Shown: positions 17,010-26,200 of the stretch, in pieces
Numbering within the stretch: the first letter of the stretch is position 1
Layout of the letters: each line of letters begins with the position of its first letter
Assembly: GCA_000437915.1 (NCBI GenBank)
Contig: FR900999.1
Location: forward strand, 230,479 to 294,478
Direction of reading: 5' to 3'
Origin: Subdoligranulum sp. CAG:314
GTDB lineage: Bacteria; Bacillota; Clostridia; Christensenellales; CAG-314
Length of the DNA stretch: 64,000 bases
The notes under the pieces: generated by a model
Databases searched by the model: none
The model's input: only the letters and a program-made list of their open reading frames with translations
Told to the model about the DNA's origin: nothing
Made by a program: the position numbers and the translations under genes

Positions 17010-17065
17010 AACCCACGACCTCTTGCTCCCTAAGCAAGCGCGCTACCAAACTGCGCCACGCCTCG
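16989..17065 (-). tRNA. tRNA-Pro-like gene with anticodon loop TTAGGGA (anticodon AGG); CCA is encoded
   Basis: Manual cloverleaf: acceptor CGAGGCG/CGCCTCG (C1:G72, A73), D-stem GCGC/GCGC with GG in the loop, anticodon stem CTTGC/GCAAG, T-arm GTGGG-TTCAAGT-CCCGT (two G.U pairs). Total 77 nt. Confidence 0.8.
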
Positions 17066-17125
17066 ACGGGCAACAAACAAGCGCCGTAACGGCGCATTAA
17101 CGTTGCTTGTTGATTACCGCAGATT

Positions 17126-17154
17126 ATTCTACCATATCCCCAACCGCAAGTCAA
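17126..17154 (-). promoter_or_regulatory. Putative promoter of tRNA-Pro
   Basis: Minus strand: TTGACT, 17-nt spacer, TAGAAT. This gives a roughly 55-nt hairpin-containing leader before the tRNA. Confidence 0.5.
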
Positions 17155-17236
17155 GCCGAAATATGCAAAAAGTTTACAAAAAATAAGTTTTTGTTTCTCG
17201 TTTTGTTCGGCAAGCCGAGTTAGCTTTACGTAAAAG

Positions 17237-17265
17237 TTGACGCGGTTATTTTTTTGTTGTAATAT
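17237..17265 (+). promoter_or_regulatory. Putative copA promoter
   Basis: TTGACG, 17-nt spacer, TAATAT, about 27 nt upstream of the copA start. RBS GGCGAGG. Confidence 0.45.
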
Positions 17266-17292
17266 GAAATAATAAAACAGGCGAGGTGCGGA

Positions 17293-19563
17293 ATGCATCA
17301 AAGATTCAAAGTTACGGGTATGTCCTGCGCAGCGTGTTCTGCGGGGGTGGAGCGCGCGGTCGGCAGGCTCAAAGGCGTTAATTCGGTGGAAGTCAGCCTT
17401 GTTGCAAAAAGCATGGTTTGCGACTTCGACGAAAACATAATAAGCGAAAAAGAGATAGCGAACGCTGTGAAAAAGGCGGGCTTCAAAGCCTATCCCGAAA
17501 AATCTGCCGATTCGAGTCAGGGCGCGGACAGAAATGCCGGGGCGAACCCGATTGCGGAAACGGACGGCTTTACTCCCATGAAAACGCGCCTTATTGTGTC
17601 TCTGATTTTTCTCGTGCTTTTGATGTACGTATCTATCGGGCACATGATAGGGCTGCCTGTTCCCGCTTTTATGCACGGCGTTCATAACGGCGTGGCATTT
17701 GCGCTCGTTCAGTTTTTGCTGGTTCTGCCAATCCTTTACGTAAACAGAAAATTTTACGTCAACGGTTTCAAGGCGCTGTGGCATCGCGTGCCCAATATGG
17801 ACAGTTTGGTTGCAGTCGGTTCGTCGGCGGCTGTCATATATGGAGTTTTCGCTATTTTCATGATATCCTACGGCATCGGCAACGGAAATTTGCAGCTTGC
17901 CGAAAAATACTTGTCGGGACTGTATCTCGAGTCGGGCGGCATGATACTCACGCTGGTGACGGTCGGAAAATTGTTGGAGGAGCGCTCTAAAAACAAAACT
18001 TATTCTGCGATACAAAAGCTCATCGACCTTGCGCCTAAAACGGCGCTTGTTTTGCGCGACGGGGAGGAAGTAGAAATAACCGTAGACAAAATAGCGGTCG
18101 GAGACATAATTTTGCTCAAACCCGGCAGCTCGGTTCCCGTTGACGGCGAGGTTATAGAGGGCGGCGGCACGGTTGACGAGTCGGCGCTCACCGGGGAAAG
18201 TATGCCTGTGGAGAAATACGTCGGAGCGCAGCTTATTTCCGCTTCCATTGTCAAAAGCGGAGCGTTTAAAATAAAAGCGCGGCGCGTCGGGGACGATACG
18301 ACGCTTTCGCAGATAGTCGAGCTTGTAAAAAACGCCGCTTCGTCAAAGGCGCCGATAGGTAGGCTTGCGGACAAAGTAAGCGGTATATTCGTGCCCGTTG
18401 TCATGGGCATCGCTCTCGTTACCGCGATTGTTTGGCTTGCGTGCGGAGCGACATTTGAATTTGCCCTTAACGTGGCAATTTCGGTGCTTGTTATTTCCTG
18501 TCCGTGCGCGTTGGGGCTTGCTACTCCGTTGGCAATCATGGTTTCGACGGGCAAATGCGCTTCGCGCGGAATTTTAATCAAGAGCGCGGAAGCTTTGGAA
18601 CAGCTGCACAATGTTACGACGGTGGTGCTTGACAAAACGGGCACAGTGACCGAGGGAAAGCCGTCGGTCACGGACGTCGTTCCGTCTGACGGAGCGAGCG
18701 AGCGCGAGCTTGTTTCGCTTGCCGCCGCGCTTGAAAAAAACAGTCAGCATCCTTTGTCTGTCGCAGTAACCGAGTATGCGGATTTGCAGAATATCCGTAC
18801 CGTCGGCGCGGAAAATTTCAAAAATCTCGACGGATTGGGCGTGGAAGCAACAATCGAGGGTCGTCAGGCTTTGGCAGGCAACGCAAAACTTATGGCTGAA
18901 CGCAATATCGACGTTTCGTCGGCGTCCGTTGCCGCGGAGGAATTGGCAGGCAAAGGCAAGACGGTCATGTATTTTGCCTGCGGAGGCAAATTTTTCGGAC
19001 TGATTGCCGTGGCAGACAAGGTCAAACCCACAAGCAAAGAAGCTGTTGAGGCTCTTAAAAAGAGCGGTATTGAGGTGATTATGCTGACGGGCGACAATGC
19101 CGTTACCGCGGAGGCAATCAGAAACGAGGTCGGTATAGACCGAATCGAAGCGGAAGTCATGCCCGCCGACAAGCAGCGTATAGTAGCCGAGTTGAAAAAT
19201 GCCGGCAAAAAGGTTGTTATGGTGGGGGACGGAATAAACGACAGTCCCGCGCTCATGCAGGCGGATGTAGGCATAGCTATCGGCAGCGGCACCGATATAG
19301 CGATAGAGTCCGCCGACGTTGTGCTTATGAAAAACGATTTGACGGACGTTTCGCGTGCCATACATTATTCAAAACGCACCATCAGAAACATTAAACAAAA
19401 CCTGTTCTGGGCGTTCTTTTACAACTCTCTCGGCATTCCGCTTGCGGCAGGAGTGCTTTATCCGTTGTGGCAGATAACTCTCAGTCCAATGATTGGCGCG
19501 CTTGCAATGAGTTTAAGCTCGCTTTTCGTTGTCGGAAACGCATTGAGACTGTACAGAGGCTGA
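17293..19563 (+). CDS. copA: Copper-translocating P1B-type ATPase
   Basis: N-terminal HMA domain GMSCAACSAGVE, a CPC motif (SCPCALGLATP), DKTGT, and the GDGINDSPAL hinge. Confidence 0.95.
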   Translation: MHQRFKVTGMSCAACSAGVERAVGRLKGVNSVEVSLVAKSMVCDFDENIISEKEIANAVKKAGFKAYPEKSADSSQGADRNAGANPIAETDGFTPMKTRLIVSLIFLVLLMYVSIGHMIGLPVPAFMHGVHNGVAFALVQFLLVLPILYVNRKFYVNGFKALWHRVPNMDSLVAVGSSAAVIYGVFAIFMISYGIGNGNLQLAEKYLSGLYLESGGMILTLVTVGKLLEERSKNKTYSAIQKLIDLAPKTALVLRDGEEVEITVDKIAVGDIILLKPGSSVPVDGEVIEGGGTVDESALTGESMPVEKYVGAQLISASIVKSGAFKIKARRVGDDTTLSQIVELVKNAASSKAPIGRLADKVSGIFVPVVMGIALVTAIVWLACGATFEFALNVAISVLVISCPCALGLATPLAIMVSTGKCASRGILIKSAEALEQLHNVTTVVLDKTGTVTEGKPSVTDVVPSDGASERELVSLAAALEKNSQHPLSVAVTEYADLQNIRTVGAENFKNLDGLGVEATIEGRQALAGNAKLMAERNIDVSSASVAAEELAGKGKTVMYFACGGKFFGLIAVADKVKPTSKEAVEALKKSGIEVIMLTGDNAVTAEAIRNEVGIDRIEAEVMPADKQRIVAELKNAGKKVVMVGDGINDSPALMQADVGIAIGSGTDIAIESADVVLMKNDLTDVSRAIHYSKRTIRNIKQNLFWAFFYNSLGIPLAAGVLYPLWQITLSPMIGALAMSLSSLFVVGNALRLYRG

Positions 19564-19583
19564 AATAAAAAAGGAGAAGAAAT

Positions 19584-19790
19584 ATGACAAAAATTCAAAT
19601 CAAAGGCATGACTTGCAATCATTGCAAAATGCGCGTGGAAAAGGCATTGAAGCAGGCGGGCTGCGGCAAGGTCAAGGTTGAACTGGAAACGGGAACCGCA
19701 ACTGCGGATACACGCGGTTTGTCGGCGGAGCAGATTCGAGAAACGATAGAGAGTCTGGGCTTTCAATGCGGTGACGTTTCGGATATGTAA
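19584..19790 (+). CDS. copZ: Copper chaperone CopZ (HMA domain)
   Basis: 68 aa with GMTCNHCKMRVEKAL (the MxCxxC metal-binding motif), directly downstream of copA. Confidence 0.9.
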   Translation: MTKIQIKGMTCNHCKMRVEKALKQAGCGKVKVELETGTATADTRGLSAEQIRETIESLGFQCGDVSDM

Positions 19791-19800
19791 TTTTACAGTA

Positions 19801-19827
19801 AAAAACGCGCTTAAAGCGCGTTTTTTG
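19801..19827. terminator. Intrinsic terminator between copZ and the convergent membrane-protein operon
   Basis: Hairpin AACGCGC-TTAAA-GCGCGTT flanked by A- and T-runs. Confidence 0.75.
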
Positions 19828-19839
19828 TTTTATGTTTTC

Positions 19840-21075
19840 TTATTCGCTTTCGACGCTCGCGCCGACAATTTCGTTTTCCGTTTTTTCGGCAGGAATCGCG
19901 TCTCTTTTCTTTCTTGACATATACAAAGAAACGCAAAGTAAAGAGATTGTCACCGCGCACAGAGCGGGATTTCTGAAATAGCTGAACGAAGTTGTACCGA
20001 ATTTATATTCATTCAAAATTGCAATGACAAATACGATTGCAACGTGAAGGACGATAAATACTATATCGGATATATAAGAGTTGAAAATGCTTTTTTTGTT
20101 TTCCGAACTGTGCGCGAGAGTTACGGCTCCCAATACAAGCAAAATTACGGACAAAATCAGCTGCCAATACATATTGCCGATGATTTCCGGTTTGAAGAAC
20201 AGCCGGTTAAAAAAGTCGAGAACGGCAAACGAAGCCCTTACGAGACAGAAAATCATCGCCGCAAAACGTAATTTTGAAGCGGTAAAAGATGAAGTCGGTT
20301 TCTGCCTTACTCGGGAAGAAAGCGAAAGCGAAACGACGCATAACACGGCGGAAGCGGCATAAACCAGATATATCAATCCATTTTCAAAAATCGGAACTTC
20401 CGCGTCGGTCGGGTTGACGCCGATAAACGCGAAAAAATAATAAGCAAGCAAGATTAAATCGAGAGCGCGTCTTTGCTCAAAGCCGTTTTTTGTCCGTTCA
20501 GGCGGTTTGATTAACATTATCGAAACGGTCAGAAACAGCGTTGCGAAAGCTATAAGATATAACATATACAAAACCGGAATCGAATTGTTTTCATTGAACA
20601 TCCAAATCACGCAAAATATGATTACCGACGAGAAATGGACTGTGTTGAATATGCCGTTTCCCAGTTGAATATTGCGTTTCAGAGCGACTGCGCGCGCGGG
20701 TGACTGTCCGTATTTGTAAATCGTCAAAAAGGCGAATGTCGCGGAAACGCCGAAAAGCGCAAATTGAAAAACGCCGAGAGTGTTTGAAACGAAATTCACG
20801 TAACCGAAAAAAGGTTGGGAAAGAAATACGGAAAAAGAGCCCGCAAGGACAGCAAAAAGCAAAACCGCGCTTGCCGCGCTGCCCTTTTCTTCGCTAAAAA
20901 CGAGAAATAGCGAAAGCAAAATTATGCAACCGTATACCACGTTGAAAGAGATGATATAAATTTTTTCCAACCCGGTACCGCGCAGCCCTGCGGCGTTGAT
21001 AAAACCAAAAATCGCAAACAGTATTCCGGCTATACACCCGCAAATCTGATAAATTTTTTCTTTAAAATGCAGCAT
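19840..21075 (-). CDS. Polytopic membrane protein of unknown function (paralog B)
   Basis: Start set at MLHFKEK, with AGGAGGG 6 nt upstream. About 12 hydrophobic segments and an acidic C-terminal tail. Architecture is similar to the upstream gene. Confidence 0.65.
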   Translation of the reverse strand: MLHFKEKIYQICGCIAGILFAIFGFINAAGLRGTGLEKIYIISFNVVYGCIILLSLFLVFSEEKGSAASAVLLFAVLAGSFSVFLSQPFFGYVNFVSNTLGVFQFALFGVSATFAFLTIYKYGQSPARAVALKRNIQLGNGIFNTVHFSSVIIFCVIWMFNENNSIPVLYMLYLIAFATLFLTVSIMLIKPPERTKNGFEQRRALDLILLAYYFFAFIGVNPTDAEVPIFENGLIYLVYAASAVLCVVSLSLSSRVRQKPTSSFTASKLRFAAMIFCLVRASFAVLDFFNRLFFKPEIIGNMYWQLILSVILLVLGAVTLAHSSENKKSIFNSYISDIVFIVLHVAIVFVIAILNEYKFGTTSFSYFRNPALCAVTISLLCVSLYMSRKKRDAIPAEKTENEIVGASVESE

Positions 21076-21106
21076 TGCATCCCTCCTGTTAAGTACGTAA
21101 ACTTGT

Positions 21107-22339
21107 TTATTCCGCGCTTTCCGCATTTTCTTCCGTCACAACCGTTTTTTCCGTTTGTTCGGGCGACGTCGAATTTTTTTTCAAAACTGTCGACGCGGCG
21201 CAGCAGATGGCAAGCGCAAAGCCGAATGCGCAGGATGCCCTGAGATAACTTTGCTCGGGCGTTGTAATCAGCCCGAATGTCAGGCACAAGAGGCAGGCGA
21301 CGAAAATAAGCGTTTTCATGACGACGGGCGGGAAGATTTTTTTGCCAAAGTGCAGCGGAAGGGCAAGAATTACGACCGCCGTGCCCGAGACCAGATAAAT
21401 GTAGTCGGCGTAATCGGGAATGCGCCTCAACGTATCGTCCTTTTGACAAAAAACAAAATTTGCAATCACGGTCACTGCGAGAAGAATGGACAGGGGAAGA
21501 AGGGCTTTGTCCGCGCAAAAAGACAAATGCCCGCGTTTGTCCTCAAAGGGACCGAATTCGAATCTGTCGAAAATGCAAATCAGACTGAGCGCGATTATTG
21601 CCATACTCAAAAGAATATTCAGAAAATAAACGGGCTGCTCGTACAGCAAATCACCTTCCAGCAGATTCTTTATATCGTAAATGTAGTAAAGTACAAATAA
21701 AATATTGATTAAAGTTTTTTCATTGTATCTGCCGCTCATTTTCCAATGCTGTTCTTTGATGAGAAAGCATGAGAGAACTATTACCGCCGCCGACAGTAAA
21801 ACGGGCAACAGCGAATCGAAATCGGCAAACCGCGAGTATAAAATAATCAATGCGCTTGAAAGGGCGGTTAAAATGCCTCTTACAAGGTTTGCTATGCCGT
21901 TGGCTTTGAGCAGAATCCGTTTTTTGTGAAAGACGTATTCGGCTTTTTGCGCGTTGAACTGAATAATTGCGGCGTTAAGCAAAATTATGAATACGCTTAG
22001 AAAAATGCGAACCGTGTCAAGCGCCAGAGAATACTGTACTTCGAGTTCTTCCCAGAAAACAAAACAGCACAAAAAAATATTGACGACGATGAAAACGATT
22101 TCCGCAGACAAAGATTCGGTTTTCGACGATGCGATATAATATATGGAAAAGATAACGGAAGTCAAAGCAAGCGCAACGCATACGACGGATACCGTGCTTT
22201 GTTCCGAATGAAAATCTTTCGGATTCAAGTGAATGAGTATTTCCGCAAGGATAAACAGCGCGGCGTTTGCAATGCAGCAAAACGAATTCAAATATTTAAG
22301 CAAAACTGTTTTGTTTGCCGACTCCTTAATTTTTTTCAT
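21107..22339 (-). CDS. Polytopic membrane protein of unknown function (paralog A)
   Basis: 410 aa with about 12 hydrophobic segments and an acidic C-terminal tail EQTEKTVVTEENAESAE. No recognisable catalytic motif. Confidence 0.65.
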   Translation of the reverse strand: MKKIKESANKTVLLKYLNSFCCIANAALFILAEILIHLNPKDFHSEQSTVSVVCVALALTSVIFSIYYIASSKTESLSAEIVFIVVNIFLCCFVFWEELEVQYSLALDTVRIFLSVFIILLNAAIIQFNAQKAEYVFHKKRILLKANGIANLVRGILTALSSALIILYSRFADFDSLLPVLLSAAVIVLSCFLIKEQHWKMSGRYNEKTLINILFVLYYIYDIKNLLEGDLLYEQPVYFLNILLSMAIIALSLICIFDRFEFGPFEDKRGHLSFCADKALLPLSILLAVTVIANFVFCQKDDTLRRIPDYADYIYLVSGTAVVILALPLHFGKKIFPPVVMKTLIFVACLLCLTFGLITTPEQSYLRASCAFGFALAICCAASTVLKKNSTSPEQTEKTVVTEENAESAE

Positions 22340-22528
22340 GTAAAATTACCCTGAATATATTTTATATTATTCTGTCGAATTTTCCAAGCAAAACAGCATA
22401 AAAGATTTTTGAATTTTGGGAATCGGTGAGATTTATTTCGATTTACCAAAAAATATATATAGATTTGTTTGCAAAATTATGGAAAAATGTTAAAATAAAT
22501 AATGAATAATATTCATATTCGGAGCGCC

Positions 22529-24124
22529 ATGAAAAAGGACAACAAAAAAAATTATATTCTTCATATTTTGCTGCCCTGTCTCGTTTACAGCTCGGCGGGC
22601 GGCATACTTACCGGCGCGGTCATTTTCGGTTTCAGGGTTATGACCGATTGGCTCAACAAAACCGCAGTTGTGCTTTACGACGCGGTTTGCGCCGACCTTT
22701 GGCTGCTGCCGCTGTTTTTTCTTGCGCTTGCGGCGCTTGCGTTTTTGCTTTCTGTTATCCTGAAATGGGCGCCCTCCGCCAACGGAGGAGGTATTCCCAC
22801 GGCGATGGGGATTTTGCGCGGCATTGTTACCTTCAAATGGCTTCGCACGTTTGTCGGAGTCATAGCCTCGTCGGTAATCACATTTTTTGCGGGAATGCCT
22901 TTGTGCAACGACGGTCCGAGCGTGCTTTTCGGCGCGTCGCTGGGGAGGGGAGTAAATTCTCTTCTCGGCGGCAAAAAGGGCGCCGCATGGGACAGGTATG
23001 TCATGACGGGCTGTGCGGGAGCGGGGTTTGCCGCCGCCACAATGTCGCCGCTGACGGCTGTGTTTATCGCGTTGGAGGAAATACACAAGAAATTTTCCCC
23101 CATGCTGCTTATGACGGTTTTTTCAAGCGTACTGTCCGCAACCGCAACCACCCGACTTTTGGGAGAGCTGTTCAAGGTTGACACCGCGTTCTTTCATTTC
23201 GGAGAAATGCCTTCTCTCGGACTTTCCGATATTTGGCTTCCCGTTGTGCTGGGCTGCGCCGTAAGTCTGTTTGCCGCTTTGTTTTTGCTGCTCGCCCGTT
23301 CGATAAACCATCTGTTTATAAACAAGCTCAAACGCATACCGCATTTTTTGCAGCTGACATTGGTTTTTGTGCTGTGCGGAGCGGCGGGGCTTTGGGCAAG
23401 GGATTTTATCGGCGGAGGACACGAGCTGATTGTTCACATAAACGCGCGCAGCGTTGTTCCGCTTGCGTTGCTTTTGATTTTTTGTCTTAAATTTTTCCTC
23501 GTGCCCGTGGCAAACGTGTCGGGCGCGACGGGCGGACTTTTTATACCGACGCTCGCGTTGGGCGCGCTTATCGGCGCGCTGCTTGCGGAGCTGTTTATCG
23601 CTTGGGGAGTTAACCCCGATTATTACAAAATTATAGTCGTGCTTTCGATTTCCGGGTTCATGTCCGCCGCTTCCCGCGTTCCGCTGTCCGCGATTATGCT
23701 TGCGTTGGAAGCCATGAACGGCACGGGAAACATATTGTTTATCGCGGTTTCCGTATCGGTTTCTTTCATGCTTTTAGAGTTGACAAAGCTTCCCGCAATC
23801 AACGACATAGTGCTGGAAACCACTATAAAAATTTCCACTCACGAAAGACAGCCCAAAAACGTTGAAATTTCGCTCGAAGTAAAGCCGGACGCTTTTGTCG
23901 CGGGCAAGACGGTGCGCGACGTGCTTTGGCCCGCAAATACGATAATCCTTTCGGTGACGCGCGCGGAGCACACGGAGAGCGAGAACGGAGAGCGTTTGAC
24001 TAAGGACGGCCAAAAGGAGCTTAAAGCGGGAGACATACTCAGGCTGCGCTTTCAGACGTATGACGAAGAGACAACCGTTTCAGGACTTTTGGCTTTGCTT
24101 GGCGAACAAAATTTAGAAACCTGA
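22529..24124 (+). CDS. ClC family chloride/proton channel-transporter with a C-terminal TrkA-C-like domain
   Basis: ClC selectivity-filter-like blocks GGGIP and NDGPSVLFGA, with GLFIPTLALGA. Start at MKKDNKK, preceded by GGAG. Confidence 0.85.
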   Translation: MKKDNKKNYILHILLPCLVYSSAGGILTGAVIFGFRVMTDWLNKTAVVLYDAVCADLWLLPLFFLALAALAFLLSVILKWAPSANGGGIPTAMGILRGIVTFKWLRTFVGVIASSVITFFAGMPLCNDGPSVLFGASLGRGVNSLLGGKKGAAWDRYVMTGCAGAGFAAATMSPLTAVFIALEEIHKKFSPMLLMTVFSSVLSATATTRLLGELFKVDTAFFHFGEMPSLGLSDIWLPVVLGCAVSLFAALFLLLARSINHLFINKLKRIPHFLQLTLVFVLCGAAGLWARDFIGGGHELIVHINARSVVPLALLLIFCLKFFLVPVANVSGATGGLFIPTLALGALIGALLAELFIAWGVNPDYYKIIVVLSISGFMSAASRVPLSAIMLALEAMNGTGNILFIAVSVSVSFMLLELTKLPAINDIVLETTIKISTHERQPKNVEISLEVKPDAFVAGKTVRDVLWPANTIILSVTRAEHTESENGERLTKDGQKELKAGDILRLRFQTYDEETTVSGLLALLGEQNLET

Positions 24125-24235
24125 CCGCCGCTGTAAAAAAAATTGTCCGTGCCCTGTTCCCAACAGGTTTAAAACCGTTGACAAAAGGCCATTTTTGCAA
24201 TATCTTTGTTATCGGTATTTTTACGGGAGAATATT

Positions 24236-26074
24236 TTGAAAGTCAGAGAAGATTTGAGAAACGTAGCCATCATAGCCCACGTAGACCACGGCAAGACGAC
24301 GCTGGTCAACGAAATACTCAAACAGGGCGGTATATTCAGAGAAAATCAAAGCGTAGCCGACAGGGTGATGGACTCCAACGACCTTGAACGCGAACGCGGT
24401 ATAACTATACTTGCAAAAAACACGTCGGTTTATTACAAGAACACGAAAATAAATATTGTGGACACGCCGGGGCATGCGGACTTCGGAGGAGAAGTGGAGC
24501 GTGTGCTTAAAATGGTAAACGGCGTTCTGGTGCTGGTCGATGCGGCGGAGGGTCCCATGCCTCAGACGAGGTTCGTTATGCAAAAGGCGCTCGAATTGGG
24601 GCACAAGCTGATACTTGTAGTAAACAAGACGGACAGACCGGACGCAAGACTCAACGAGGTGGAAAACGAAATTCTCGATTTGCTGCTTGAACTCAACGCA
24701 AACGAATCGCAGTTTATGAGTCCGATAATATACTGTTCCGGGCGCAACGGAACCGCATCGGAGGATTTCCGCAAACAGGGAATCGATTTGAAGCCCTTGT
24801 TTGAAGCAATAATCAATCATTTCGAGCCGCAGACGGTCGACGAGCAGGGAGCCTTTCAGATGCTTGTTTCTTCCATAGACTACAACGATTACGTGGGAAG
24901 AATAGCCGTCGGCAGGATAGAAAGAGGTACCGTGAGGGTAGGCGACGCCGTATTGCTTGTCAATTTCAATCAGCCCGACGCGCCTGCGAAGCAGGGGAAA
25001 ATAGTGACTGTATTTCAAATCGACGGTTTGAGCCGCAAGCCTGTCGAAAGCGCGGAAGCGGGAGACATCGTCTGCATTTCCGGTCTTGAAGACGTAACCA
25101 TAGGCGACACCGTATGCAGTCCGCAGGACCTGACTCCCGTGCCGTTTGTTAAAATAAGCGAACCTACCGTCGAAATGACTTTCAGCGTAAACGACGGTCC
25201 CTTTGCGGGCAAGGAGGGAAAGTACGTAACGACAAGGCATCTGCACGACCGCCTTTTCAGGGAAATGCTCAAAGACGTTTCTCTCAAAGTGGAAAAAACC
25301 GATTCGGCGGATTCCTTTAAGGTGTGCGGAAGGGGGGAGATGCACCTGTCCATTTTAATCGAGACGATGCGGCGGGACGGCTACGAGTTTCTCGTCGGAG
25401 CTCCCAAAGTGCTTTTCAAGCGCATTGACGGAGTTTTGTACGAGCCGATGGAAAAGCTTGTGGTGGACGTGCCCAATGAAAAGACGGGCGTCGTCTTTCA
25501 GAGCATGGGCGAACGCAAGGGCGAGCTGCTCAATATGGAGAACGTAAACAACCGCGTGCGGATGGAGTTTTCGGTACCCGCGCGCGGACTGTTCGGATAC
25601 AAGAGTCAATTCTTGACCGACACGCGTGGAGAAGGCGTTTTCAATACGGTATTTTACGGCTATCAGCCTTTCAAGGGGGAAATAGAACGCAGGCAGACAG
25701 GCTCGCTCGTTGCTTTCGAGACGGGAGAGGCGGTGACTTACGGCTTGTTCAACGCGCAGCAGCGCGGCGCGCTGTTCATTGTGCCCGGAACGGAAGTTTA
25801 CGAGGGCATGGTGGTGGGGGTTTCTCCCAAAAGCGAGGACATAAGCGTAAACGTGTGCAAGAAAAAGCATCTCACAAACACGCGCGCTTCGGGCAGCGAC
25901 GACGCGCTCAGACTCGAAACTCCGCGTATTTTGAGTCTTGAAGAGGCAATAGAGTTTATCGACGACGACGAGCTTTTGGAAATCACACCCAAAAACATAC
26001 GAATAAGAAAGACGATTCTCGACACGGAAAAACGCCTTAAAGCCAATTTCCGCAAGAGAGAGCAAAAGGTCTGA
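24236..26074 (+). CDS. typA: Translational GTPase TypA/BipA
   Basis: [36 protein letters not shown] and the BipA-specific C-terminal domain. Probable TTG start at 24236 after GGGAGA. Confidence 0.9.
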   Translation: MKVREDLRNVAIIAHVDHGKTTLVNEILKQGGIFRENQSVADRVMDSNDLERERGITILAKNTSVYYKNTKINIVDTPGHADFGGEVERVLKMVNGVLVLVDAAEGPMPQTRFVMQKALELGHKLILVVNKTDRPDARLNEVENEILDLLLELNANESQFMSPIIYCSGRNGTASEDFRKQGIDLKPLFEAIINHFEPQTVDEQGAFQMLVSSIDYNDYVGRIAVGRIERGTVRVGDAVLLVNFNQPDAPAKQGKIVTVFQIDGLSRKPVESAEAGDIVCISGLEDVTIGDTVCSPQDLTPVPFVKISEPTVEMTFSVNDGPFAGKEGKYVTTRHLHDRLFREMLKDVSLKVEKTDSADSFKVCGRGEMHLSILIETMRRDGYEFLVGAPKVLFKRIDGVLYEPMEKLVVDVPNEKTGVVFQSMGERKGELLNMENVNNRVRMEFSVPARGLFGYKSQFLTDTRGEGVFNTVFYGYQPFKGEIERRQTGSLVAFETGEAVTYGLFNAQQRGALFIVPGTEVYEGMVVGVSPKSEDISVNVCKKKHLTNTRASGSDDALRLETPRILSLEEAIEFIDDDELLEITPKNIRIRKTILDTEKRLKANFRKREQKV

Positions 26075-26082
26075 GTTTTTTA

Positions 26083-26111
26083 AGCTGCGGTGCAAAACCG
26101 CAGCTTTTTTT
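26083..26111 (+). terminator. typA intrinsic terminator
   Basis: Hairpin AGCTGCGGT-GCAAA-ACCGCAGCT followed by T7. Confidence 0.8.
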
Positions 26112-26131
26112 GTAAAAATGCTCTAAATCTG

Positions 26132-26181
26132 TTGACAATAGTCCGAAACGGGACTATAATGTGCTCCGTCCGAAATCGGAC
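26132..26181 (+). promoter_or_regulatory. Promoter plus two palindromic operators of the MarR-MATE operon
   Basis: TTGACA (26132), 17-nt spacer, TATAAT (26155). The near-palindrome AGTCCGAAACGGGACT (26140-26155) fills the spacer, and the perfect palindrome GTCCGAAATCGGAC (26168-26181) lies just downstream. Confidence 0.6.
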
Positions 26182-26200
26182 TTTTATAAGAGGCATAATC

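Noticed and set aside
17160-17236. Inverted repeat ACAAAAA-N5-TTTTTGT upstream of copA, as a possible CopY or CsoR operator.
   Set aside because: It lies upstream of the -35 and is a low-complexity A/T run. It matches neither the cop box (TACAnnTGTA) nor the GC-rich CsoR operator pattern. No copY or csoR gene is adjacent.
22340-22528. Possible fluoride riboswitch upstream of the ClC gene.
   Set aside because: The spacer is AT-rich and has none of the conserved crcB-motif elements I remember. The protein is a long ClC with a TrkA-C domain, not the short ClC-F type.
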